A DNA stretch of 64,000 bases from NCBI GenBank assembly GCA_963661975.1, contig CAVLDN010000006.1:30421-94420 (forward strand), given 5' to 3'. The position numbers and the translations under genes are program-made. A model generated the notes under the pieces. The model did not search any database. It was not told where the DNA came from and saw only the letters and a program-made list of their open reading frames with translations. Position 1 is the stretch's first letter; every line of letters starts with the position of its first letter. Below, one piece after another: positions 36,700-44,759 of this stretch. The stretch is from a bacterium. Lineage in GTDB: Bacteria > Bacillota > Clostridia > Oscillospirales > CAG-382.

Positions 36700-38130
36700 A
36701 TGAGAAAATTCGATACAAAAGTCCAGCATCTGAAATACAAGGTATTGCGCGAAACGGCAAGACTCGCATGGAACGACGAGCTTACGTCAAAACTGCTTGA
36801 TATCCCCAAAATGATCGTTCCGGGCAACAAACCGACAATGCGCTGCTGTGTTTATAAGGAACGCGCGATACTCGGCGAGCGGGTTAAGCTTGCCATGGGC
36901 GGCGATAAACAGAACCCGAATATCATCGAGGTCATCGAGATAGCCTGCGATGAATGTCCGATGGGCGGGTATGAGGTGACAAACGCCTGCCGCGGCTGTC
37001 TTGCACACCGCTGCGAGGATGCTTGCCGGTTCGGCGCGATCGTGTTCGACGAAAACCATGTTGCGCATATCGACAAAACAAAATGCAAATCCTGCGGCGC
37101 CTGCTCCAAGGTCTGCCCCTATACCGCGATAATCAACCGCCGCCGCCCGTGCGAGAGCGCCTGCAAGATCAAGGCGATTTCCATGAACGAGGAAAACATG
37201 GCTGCCGCGATCGACAATTCCAAATGTACTGCCTGCGGAGCCTGCGTATATCAGTGTCCGTTCGGCGCGATAAGCGATAAATCCTTTATACTCGACGCGA
37301 TAGACATCATCAAAAAGAGCCGCGGCAATACCGAATACAAGGTCTTTGCCGTTGTGGCGCCCTCCATATCCAGCCAGTTTACATACGCCAAGCTCGGTCA
37401 GGTTATCAGCGGGCTCAAGGAACTCGGGTTCCATACGGTGGTCGAGGCGGCGCTCGGCGCGGACATGGTCGCGCTTTCGGAAGCGAAGGAGCTTGCCGAA
37501 AAGGGCTTCCTCACAAGCTCCTGCTGCCCCGCATTTGTGACATATATCGAAAATGCGTTTCCCGACTTGGTGCCGCATATTTCGCACAACCTTTCGCCTA
37601 TGGCGGCAATCGCAAAATACATAAAGGAGCATGAATCACCCTGCAAGGTGGTATTCATCGGCCCCTGCACCGCAAAGAAGGCGGAGGTTCGGAAGGAGTC
37701 GGTCAGCAAGTATGTCGATGTTGCGCTCACCTTCGAGGAGCTTCAGGCGCTGTTCGACAGCCGCGATATCGATATAACCACGCTCCCGGAGGGCATTTTG
37801 GACAACGCTTCCTATTACGGCAGGATATTTGCCCGCAGCGGCGGTCTTTCGGATGCCGTTGCCGAAGCGATCAAGGAGCAGGAGATAACCGGGTTCGAAT
37901 TGAAGAATTGCGCCTGCGACGGTATCGAGGAATGCCGCATGGCTCTGCTCAAAAAAAGCAAGAATATGCTTGATGCAAACTTTATCGAGGGTATGGCTTG
38001 TGTCGGCGGGTGTATCGGCGGCGCGGGATGCCTTACTCACGGCGAAAAGAACAAAGCGGAAGTCGATAAATACGGCAAGGAAGCGTTTGAAAAAACGATC
38101 CAAAATGCCGTTTCTCTGCTCGAAAAATAA
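36700..38130 (+). CDS. hydA: [FeFe] hydrogenase, catalytic (group B-like, multiple N-terminal Fe-S motifs)
   Basis: LTSSCCPAF, GPCTAKKAE, EGMACVGGCIGG H-cluster motifs. Several CxxCxxCxxxCP ferredoxin motifs. Confidence 0.85.
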   Translation: MRKFDTKVQHLKYKVLRETARLAWNDELTSKLLDIPKMIVPGNKPTMRCCVYKERAILGERVKLAMGGDKQNPNIIEVIEIACDECPMGGYEVTNACRGCLAHRCEDACRFGAIVFDENHVAHIDKTKCKSCGACSKVCPYTAIINRRRPCESACKIKAISMNEENMAAAIDNSKCTACGACVYQCPFGAISDKSFILDAIDIIKKSRGNTEYKVFAVVAPSISSQFTYAKLGQVISGLKELGFHTVVEAALGADMVALSEAKELAEKGFLTSSCCPAFVTYIENAFPDLVPHISHNLSPMAAIAKYIKEHESPCKVVFIGPCTAKKAEVRKESVSKYVDVALTFEELQALFDSRDIDITTLPEGILDNASYYGRIFARSGGLSDAVAEAIKEQEITGFELKNCACDGIEECRMALLKKSKNMLDANFIEGMACVGGCIGGAGCLTHGEKNKAEVDKYGKEAFEKTIQNAVSLLEK

Positions 38131-38174
38131 CAAAAAACGAAAACGCAGAGCAATATGCTCTGCGTTTTGCTTTG
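38131..38174. terminator. bidirectional rho-independent terminator (hydA / rnj)
   Basis: 12-bp stem aaaacgcagagc/gctctgcgtttt, A-run 5' and T-run 3'. Confidence 0.8.
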
Positions 38175-38194
38175 CCGCGCGGAATTGCGCTGGT

Positions 38195-39871
38195 TTAAAC
38201 GGTTATATCGAAAAGCATCGTGATGACCATCGGGCGGCGCTTTGTGCGCTTGCGCGCAAATTCGGAAATATCGTCGCGCAGGCGGGATTTGAGTACCGAA
38301 AGGTCGTCCACGCCGCGGTCAAAGGAACGCCCGAGCGAATTGCAGACTGCTTCCGAAAGATCGGAAAGCATATTCTCGCTTTCGCGCTCGTAAACAAAAC
38401 CGCGGGTGATTATTTCCGGCGGGGTGACTATTTCGCCCGCGGAGGCATCCACGCAGGCGGAAACGATTATCACGCCGTCCTCGGAAAGCTTTTTGCGATC
38501 CCGCAGGACAACGCCGCCGATGTTTCCGACGCCGTTTCCGTCGATCATAATTCCGCCGGCTTCGACGGTGCCGGCGTGCTTTATGCTGCGCTTGCTCAAC
38601 TCCACGACTCCGCCCACCTCGGGTATGATTATGTGAGTGTCATCCATTCCGAGCGAACGCGCGATATCCACATGTGCGATAAGGTGCTTGTATTCGCCGT
38701 GCACCGGGATAAAAAATTCCGGATTCGTAAGCGTGTGCATCAGCTTCAGCTCCTCGCGGCAGGCGTGGCCGGAAACGTGAACATCGTAATTGTTGTAGGT
38801 TATGACCTCCGCCCCGCGCTTGAAAAGCTCGTTGATGATCTTTGTGATGAATTTTTCGTTGCCGGGTATCGCAGAGGAGGAAAGCACGACAAGATCTCCG
38901 CTGCCGAGCGTGATCTGATTATGCTCGCCGAACGCCATGCGGTAAAGCGCGCTCATCGGTTCGCCCTGGCTGCCCGTTGTGACAACGGTCACCCGCTCCG
39001 GCGGGTATTTTTTGACATCGGAAATGTCTATAAGCGTGTCGTTTTCAATCTCAAGGTAGCCCAATTCCGTCGCGGCGCGGAAGAAATTCTGCATGCTGCG
39101 CCCCGTGACGGCGACCTTCCTGCCGTATTTTTCAGAGGCGTTTATTATCTGCTGTACGCGGTGTACGTTGGAGGAGAATGTTGCAATGACGACACGCCTC
39201 TTTTCACCGCCCAGCAGCCTGTCAAAGCTGACGGCAAGCGAACTTTCGCTCGGTGTGTAGCCCGGGCGTTCGGCATTGGTGCTGTCGCACAGAAGCAGGC
39301 GTATGCCTTTGCGCCCCAGCTCCGCAAAGCGGGCGAGGTCGATCGGGTGTTCGCCTACCGGGGTGAAATCAACCTTGAAGTCGCCGGTGTGGAGTATCCT
39401 GCCGACGGGCGTGCTTATGCATATTGCGCAGGAGTCCGGCATGGAATGGTTCACCGCGATAAATTCGGCTTCGAAAACGCCTGCACGGACGGTGTCGCCC
39501 GCGTGCACGCGGCAGAGCTTTGCGTTGCGGATGCCGTGTTCGGCAAGCTTGCCTTCGATTATTCCGAGCGTGAGCGGCGTTGCATAGACCGGTATTCCCG
39601 GGAACTTTTTCAAAAAGTAGGGCACCGCGCCGATGTGGTCCTCGTGCCCGTGCGTTATAAATAACGCACGCAGTTTTTCGGCATTGCTTTCAAGATATGA
39701 AAAATCCGGGATGACAAGGTCGATTCCCAGCATATCATCCTCCGGAAAGGCAACGCCGCAATCGACGGCGATAATGTCGTTTCCATAGGAAAAGGCGGTC
39801 ATATTCATACCGATGCCGTCCACGCCGCCGAGAAAAGCTACCTCCGTCTTCGGTTTTTTGGTTTTTGCCAT
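38195..39871 (-). CDS. rnj: ribonuclease J
   Basis: Beta-lactamase/beta-CASP fold: HGHEDHIGA, 558 aa, typical RNase J N-terminus FLGGVDGIGMNM. Confidence 0.95.
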   Translation of the reverse strand: MAKTKKPKTEVAFLGGVDGIGMNMTAFSYGNDIIAVDCGVAFPEDDMLGIDLVIPDFSYLESNAEKLRALFITHGHEDHIGAVPYFLKKFPGIPVYATPLTLGIIEGKLAEHGIRNAKLCRVHAGDTVRAGVFEAEFIAVNHSMPDSCAICISTPVGRILHTGDFKVDFTPVGEHPIDLARFAELGRKGIRLLLCDSTNAERPGYTPSESSLAVSFDRLLGGEKRRVVIATFSSNVHRVQQIINASEKYGRKVAVTGRSMQNFFRAATELGYLEIENDTLIDISDVKKYPPERVTVVTTGSQGEPMSALYRMAFGEHNQITLGSGDLVVLSSSAIPGNEKFITKIINELFKRGAEVITYNNYDVHVSGHACREELKLMHTLTNPEFFIPVHGEYKHLIAHVDIARSLGMDDTHIIIPEVGGVVELSKRSIKHAGTVEAGGIMIDGNGVGNIGGVVLRDRKKLSEDGVIIVSACVDASAGEIVTPPEIITRGFVYERESENMLSDLSEAVCNSLGRSFDRGVDDLSVLKSRLRDDISEFARKRTKRRPMVITMLFDITV

Positions 39872-39923
39872 TTATGTTTATCCTTTCATACGCGCGTTCC
39901 CCGCGCGAAAATATCCAATTATT

Positions 39924-39952
39924 ATTATGCAACGCAAAAGCCGTTTTGTCAA
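39924..39952 (-). promoter_or_regulatory. sigma-70-type promoter for rnj
   Basis: Minus strand reads TTGACA-N17-CATAAT. Confidence 0.55.
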
Positions 39953-40015
39953 GAAGCGATTAAGCGCATATAATGCAATATCCGCACGTGTAAATGCAAA
40001 CCCCGCTGAAAAACC

Positions 40016-40044
40016 TTGACATTTCCGCCCGCTGATGTTATCAT
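40016..40044 (+). promoter_or_regulatory. sigma-70-type promoter for murA
   Basis: TTGACA-N17-TATCAT. Confidence 0.55.
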
Positions 40045-40131
40045 AAATTGATACGGTGCGGCAGTACCTTCTTTTTGTGTCCTCTGCGCCGCTACGGCAA
40101 AACAAATCGACCGAAAGGTGTTTGGGTATAA

Positions 40132-41430
40132 ATGGATAAGCTTTGTATTTCCGGCGGCAGGCCGCTTTTGGGAACAATAACCGTCGGCGGGATGAAAAAC
40201 GCCGCTCTTCCGATAATTTTTGCGACAATTCTCGTGAACGATGTCTGCGTGCTCGAAAACCTTCCCGATGTGCGCGATATCGCAACGGCGCTTGAAATAA
40301 TCCGTTCTATGGGCGGTACGGCGGAAATGCTTGCTCCCGGTACATACCGTATCGACACGCGCTCCGTCCGCTGCGGAAGTGCTCCGCTTGTTCTTTCCCG
40401 CTCAATGCGGGGCAGCTATTATGTTCTCGGTGCGGAGCTCGGCAGGTTCGGCAGGAGCACGACCGGATTCCCCGGCGGATGCAATTTCGGCGTTCGTCCC
40501 ATCGACCAGCACGTAAAGGGCTTTGAGGCTTTGGGCGCGACCGTCATTTGCGGCAATGATGCCGTTTCCTGCTTTGCGGAATGCCCGCTCAAGGGCACCT
40601 CGATATATATGGATGTCGCTTCCGTCGGCGCAACGGCAAATATAATGCTTGCCGCCGCCACCGCCGAGGGCATGACTGTTATCGACAACGCCGCAAGAGA
40701 GCCGCATATCGTCGACCTTGCAAACTTCCTCAATTCCTGCGGGGCAAACATCTCGGGCGCGGGCACAGAGGTTATCAAGATCCGCGGCGTGAGCGAACTG
40801 CACGGCGTCACCTATGCCATTATTCCGGATATGATCGAGGCGGGCACCTATATGATCGCCGCCGCGGCGACAAAAAGCACCCTCACGATAAGCAATGTTA
40901 TCCCGCGCCATCTGGAGGCTATCACCGCAAAGCTCGTGGAAATGGGCGCGACGGTGGAGGAAGGCGACGACCATGTTGTCGTTTCCGCGCCGGAACGGCT
41001 GCGCAAGGCGCGTGTGAAAACCGATTTTTACCCAGGCTTCCCCACGGATATGAACCCGCAGTTCTGTGTTCTGCTCTGCCTGGCGGACGGACACAGCATA
41101 CTCACGGAAAGCGTTATGGATCACCGCTTCAAATATACGGATGAGCTTGCGCGCATGGGCGCAAAGATCAGCGTTGTCGGCAGAGATGCGCATATCGACG
41201 GCGTTCCCGCGCTTTCACCCGCAAATGTGCGCGCGGTGGATCTGCGTGCCGGTGCGGCGATGGTCATTGCCGCGCTTGCGGCCAACGGCACAACCGTTAT
41301 CGATGATATTTATCATATCGAGCGCGGATACGAGGATCTTGTCGGCAAGCTGCGTGCCGTCGGCGCGGATATAAGGCTTATCCGCGACAGTTTTTCCGGC
41401 GCGCCGGAATCCGCGGCGCATATCCAATAA
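40132..41430 (+). CDS. murA: UDP-N-acetylglucosamine 1-carboxyvinyltransferase
   Basis: GGMKNAALPI and EPSP-synthase fold repeats along 432 aa. Active-site loop region PGGCNFGVRPIDQH contains a Cys; the catalytic residue was not mapped. Confidence 0.95.
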   Translation: MDKLCISGGRPLLGTITVGGMKNAALPIIFATILVNDVCVLENLPDVRDIATALEIIRSMGGTAEMLAPGTYRIDTRSVRCGSAPLVLSRSMRGSYYVLGAELGRFGRSTTGFPGGCNFGVRPIDQHVKGFEALGATVICGNDAVSCFAECPLKGTSIYMDVASVGATANIMLAAATAEGMTVIDNAAREPHIVDLANFLNSCGANISGAGTEVIKIRGVSELHGVTYAIIPDMIEAGTYMIAAAATKSTLTISNVIPRHLEAITAKLVEMGATVEEGDDHVVVSAPERLRKARVKTDFYPGFPTDMNPQFCVLLCLADGHSILTESVMDHRFKYTDELARMGAKISVVGRDAHIDGVPALSPANVRAVDLRAGAAMVIAALAANGTTVIDDIYHIERGYEDLVGKLRAVGADIRLIRDSFSGAPESAAHIQ

Positions 41431-41466
41431 CGCCGAAAATGCAGAAAATATAAACATATAATCATT

Positions 41467-41509
41467 AAATTCCGCCCGGATGCAAAAACGGGCGGAATTT
41501 TTGTATTTT
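41467..41509 (+). terminator. rho-independent terminator after murA
   Basis: 12-bp stem aaattccgcccg/cgggcggaattt followed by TTTGTATTTT. Confidence 0.85.
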
Positions 41510-41734
41510 GTTGTTGACGGCACTCTATCGGTATGATTTATCGTAAAAAAGGAGCGACAATCGATAACGGCGGGATACAGTCATAATATGTCCTCACACA
41601 AATGCCGTTCATTTGCGGCGCAGCCGATCCGCCGGGCGATTGACTTTTGCCCGCGGCACCGCCTGTGCCGCATAAACACCGCGGAGATCTGTAAAAAAAC
41701 CGTTGTCCGAACCATTCGGGCGGCGGGCGCAGAT

Positions 41735-41766
41735 ACAATAAAAACCCCTGCCGGAAGGGGCAGGGG
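41735..41766 (-). terminator. rho-independent terminator after the SGNH hydrolase gene
   Basis: Stem cccctgcc/ggcagggg, with a T-run on the minus strand. Confidence 0.75.
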
Positions 41767-41779
41767 AAAATATGCCGTT

Positions 41780-42451
41780 TTACCCGGCGATGACCGAACT
41801 TTGGAAGGTGGAACTTATCAGCGAATGCCCGAGCGTATTCGGGTGGATGCCGTCGGCGCAGATCATATCGTGCAGTCTGCGGTCACGCAGGAAGGCGGTG
41901 CGCAGGTCGAGCGTCGGTACGCCCATTTCCGCGGCGACGCGCTCCGAAAGGCGGGAATAATATTCCTGCCACCGTGCGAGCATATTCACATCGCCCAGCC
42001 AGCCCAGAATCGTATCATACGAAAGCCCGCGGGTGATCCAATCCATAAACTTGCCGGATTCGATCGGCACAAGCGTGCATACCCGCACCTCTGCGCCGCG
42101 GTCGAGCGCGTATTTTATCGCCTTGCGGTAGGTTTCGATAAATTTGTCCTCCGGCGTGTTGCAGAAGTGGGGCGTATCGGGGTTTTCGGAAACGGCTTTC
42201 CAGTTGAAATCACAGTCATTTCCGCCGAATTCCATCACGACAACGGTATCCTTCCCGCAGTCCGAAAGCGTATCGCGCATAATTTCGAAGCCCTTGTCGA
42301 CAGTTGCGCCCATTTTGCAATTGTTTTCGACCTCCACGCCCTGCGCCGCCAGTTCGTCAAAGCGGTAGCCGTACAGGCGGTAGCGCTTCAGCTCCTCACT
42401 GTACATAACACCTTTAAGTATCGAATCGCCGTATATTTTAAGCTTTTTCAT
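41780..42451 (-). CDS. SGNH/GDSL-family hydrolase
   Basis: Block I IYGDSI (Ser), block III GGND, block V DGIHPN. ATG at 42451 with an AGGAG RBS. The Arg-rich 100-aa extension in the ORF track was rejected. Confidence 0.85.
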   Translation of the reverse strand: MKKLKIYGDSILKGVMYSEELKRYRLYGYRFDELAAQGVEVENNCKMGATVDKGFEIMRDTLSDCGKDTVVVMEFGGNDCDFNWKAVSENPDTPHFCNTPEDKFIETYRKAIKYALDRGAEVRVCTLVPIESGKFMDWITRGLSYDTILGWLGDVNMLARWQEYYSRLSERVAAEMGVPTLDLRTAFLRDRRLHDMICADGIHPNTLGHSLISSTFQSSVIAG

Positions 42452-42721
42452 CACATTCACTCCTGTTTGCTGCCTGTTGCTGTTGTATTCCGTGTGCCGC
42501 ACGCTTGCCGCCCGCGGCCGTATTCGTGTTATCGGGCGCCCTTTGCGGCCGTTATCCGCTGCAGCTGCATGCCGTTTGTTTCTGCGGCGCCGCCGCGGCT
42601 CTGCCGCCCGCCGTTCCCTGCAGAGACTCTCTGTGATGCGGCCGTACGCCGCTTTTGAGGTTTGCCGCACCCGTTCGGCACGTGTTTTGCGCCGCAGGCG
42701 CGGTGCCTGTCTGCATGGCTT

Positions 42722-42750
42722 ATTATATGTTTTGCCGCACGAAATGTCCA
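42722..42750 (-). promoter_or_regulatory. candidate promoter for the SGNH hydrolase (gives ~265-nt leader)
   Basis: Minus strand reads TGGACA-N17-TATAAT. Confidence 0.5.
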
Positions 42751-42810
42751 CCTACACACGCACACGCGCACACTACATGCAGGGGCGTGCGCGGTAGAGT
42801 TGAAACGTGT

Positions 42811-42833
42811 CGATTCTACTCGCAGTAGAGTCG
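42811..42833. promoter_or_regulatory. inverted repeat (candidate operator) upstream of the XRE-gene -35 box
   Basis: cgattctact-cgc-agtagagtcg, 10-bp arms with one G.U-type mismatch. GTAGAGT is also repeated at 42794. Confidence 0.4.
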
Positions 42834-42863
42834 TTGTGCCGCAACCGATTTCGGGTTTTGTTG

Positions 42864-42893
42864 TTGACAATGCCGCGCAGGATGTGTTATAAT
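42864..42893 (+). promoter_or_regulatory. strong sigma-70-type promoter for the XRE-family gene
   Basis: TTGACA-N18-TATAAT with TGt extended -10. GAAGGAGGG RBS before the GTG at 42917. Confidence 0.7.
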
Positions 42894-42916
42894 GGCTGCG
42901 GAAGGAGGGCGGCGCG

Positions 42917-43516
42917 GTGTCGGACCTTAAAAAGATTATTGCAAACAATATTTCCGAACTGCGGCGGGCGTATCCGCTCACTCAGGCGGAGCTTGCCGAA
43001 AAATTGAATTATTCCGATAAAGCCGTTTCGAAGTGGGAACGCGGCGAATCTATGCCGGATATCGAGGTGTTGAAGCAGATTGCCGATCTTTTCGGTGTGG
43101 GTGTCGATTACCTTCTTTGCGAAACGCACGATAAAAGCGAACCGGACGTACCCAAGCTCATGCGGCGCAACCGTCTGATAATCGCCGGGCTTTCCTGTAT
43201 GCTCGTTCTGCTTGTGGCGACGGTCGTTGTCGCCGCGCTCATGATCGCAACGGAAACAACACGCTATTGGCTGGCTTATGTATATGCCGTGCCGGTGTGC
43301 GCGATCCTGCTCATCGTTTTCAATTCCGTGTGGGGCAAGAGGACGCTCAACTTCTTTCTTATCTCCGTGCTTGTGTGGGGACTGCTTGCCGGGATATATC
43401 TCGGCATCGGCGATTACGACAAATGGCCGATATTTCTTATCGGAATACCCGCACAGGTCATCATTGTGATGTGGTCGGGCATAAAACGCTTTCTTAAACG
43501 CACGCCGCGAAGCTGA
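42917..43516 (+). CDS. membrane-anchored XRE-family HTH transcriptional regulator
   Basis: LTQAELAEKLNYSDKAVSKWERGESMPDIEVL HTH_3 motif, followed by about 4 TM helices. Confidence 0.85.
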   Translation: MSDLKKIIANNISELRRAYPLTQAELAEKLNYSDKAVSKWERGESMPDIEVLKQIADLFGVGVDYLLCETHDKSEPDVPKLMRRNRLIIAGLSCMLVLLVATVVVAALMIATETTRYWLAYVYAVPVCAILLIVFNSVWGKRTLNFFLISVLVWGLLAGIYLGIGDYDKWPIFLIGIPAQVIIVMWSGIKRFLKRTPRS

Positions 43517-43522
43517 GCGGCG

Positions 43523-43551
43523 TTGACAAGCGGCCGAAGGCGATATATAAT
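43523..43551 (+). promoter_or_regulatory. consensus sigma-70 promoter for the comEB-lipoprotein-rimI-tsaD genes
   Basis: Perfect TTGACA-N17-TATAAT. Confidence 0.75.
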
Positions 43552-43587
43552 ATATACTATAATGTTAAGAATGTGCGGAGGCACGGC

Positions 43588-44076
43588 ATGGAAGAAAGAC
43601 GCAGCAAGATAAATTATTACCTTGATATCGCTCAGACGGTCACCGAGCGCGGAACCTGCCTGCGGCGGAGGTTCGGTGCGATAATCGTCAAGGATGATGT
43701 TATCATTTCCACCGGCTATGCCGGGGCGCCGCGCGGGCGCAAGAACTGCTGCGATCTCGGCTTTTGCCTGCGGGAGCAGATGAACATCCCCCGCGGCGAA
43801 AGGTACGAACTTTGCCGCAGTGTTCATGCGGAGGCAAACGCCATTATTTCCGCCGCACGCGAGCGTATGCTCGGCGCCGACCTTTACATGGCTTGCATAG
43901 ATTCCAAAACGAACGAGCTTGTCCCCGGCACAACGAGCTGCCAAATGTGCAAGCGCATGGTGATAAACGCCGGTATTGCGCGGGTGATAGTGCGCGACAC
44001 GGCGGACGAATACACGATTTACAATGTTGCCGACTGGGTTGAAAACGACGACAGTCTGGGCAGCATAGGGTATTGA
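43588..44076 (+). CDS. comEB: dCMP deaminase (ComEB family)
   Basis: HAEANAI zinc motif and SCQMCKRMV (PCxxC equivalent). GCGGAGG RBS before the ATG at 43588. Confidence 0.85.
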   Translation: MEERRSKINYYLDIAQTVTERGTCLRRRFGAIIVKDDVIISTGYAGAPRGRKNCCDLGFCLREQMNIPRGERYELCRSVHAEANAIISAARERMLGADLYMACIDSKTNELVPGTTSCQMCKRMVINAGIARVIVRDTADEYTIYNVADWVENDDSLGSIGY

Positions 44077-44078
44077 AA

Positions 44079-44759
44079 ATGAAAAAATTCGTAGCACTGC
44101 TTCTTGCCTTTTCCGGCTTTCTGCTTGCCGCCTGCAACGGGAGCGACAAGCTTGCCGAGATATCCGAATACACGGCGGATGGTTTTGTGGACCCGAACAC
44201 CGGCGTGGAATATGTCACCGCGCGCGGCGGGCGCACGCTTTATGCCGTGACCGCGGGCGAAAAGTACCTCACTGCGGCAGACACGGCTTTTTACACCGTT
44301 GAATTTGAGGACAAGGCAAAATTCCTCTGCCTGCCCGACAACGGCGAAAATCTGCTTTACCGCGCGAAGGATGTCGAGGAACCGGATGTTGTTTCTTTCG
44401 AGCCGGTTTCCGCGGGGATATACAACAGCGGCAATGCCGGCAAAATGGCGCAGTTTTATGCCGATGACGAATATCTCCCCGATGAATTGAAGGGGCGAAA
44501 CCCCTCGCAGGATACCGCGCTTTGCAAAGAGCTTGCGCGAGCGGTTGCCGAAAACGAGCAAGCCGACTGCGAGGATGACGAGATCGACAGCAGCACGCTG
44601 CGCTTTGTGCGGCTTTATTCGCAGAAATACCCCGGGCTTTATTACCTGCTTGCCGTTTACGGCGATACATACGGGCGTTATTTCGTGCGTGACAGATACC
44701 TGGGCAAGTCGGTGATCTGCCCGAGTGAGATAGCCGTGCGCATTTACGGCGAAGGCTGA
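44079..44759 (+). CDS. lipoprotein, function unknown
   Basis: Lipobox LLAFSGFLLAAC-NG. Start is ATG at 44079 or TTG at 44073. Confidence 0.7.
   Translation: MKKFVALLLAFSGFLLAACNGSDKLAEISEYTADGFVDPNTGVEYVTARGGRTLYAVTAGEKYLTAADTAFYTVEFEDKAKFLCLPDNGENLLYRAKDVEEPDVVSFEPVSAGIYNSGNAGKMAQFYADDEYLPDELKGRNPSQDTALCKELARAVAENEQADCEDDEIDSSTLRFVRLYSQKYPGLYYLLAVYGDTYGRYFVRDRYLGKSVICPSEIAVRIYGEG

Noticed and set aside
37970-39664. 564-aa plus-strand ORF
   Set aside because: It is antisense to rnj (a clear RNase J) and overlaps the end of hydA. It has shadow-ORF composition and no recognisable motifs.
41588-42658. 356-aa plus-strand ORF spanning the SGNH hydrolase gene and part of the intergenic region
   Set aside because: It is antisense to a gene with clear GDSL blocks I, III and V. 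The sequence is Arg/Ala/Pro-rich and has no family resemblance.
42452-42751. 100-aa N-terminal extension of the SGNH hydrolase ORF
   Set aside because: The extension is extremely Arg-rich and low-complexity. An ATG at 42451 with an AGGAG RBS starts exactly at the conserved MKKLKIYGDS block.
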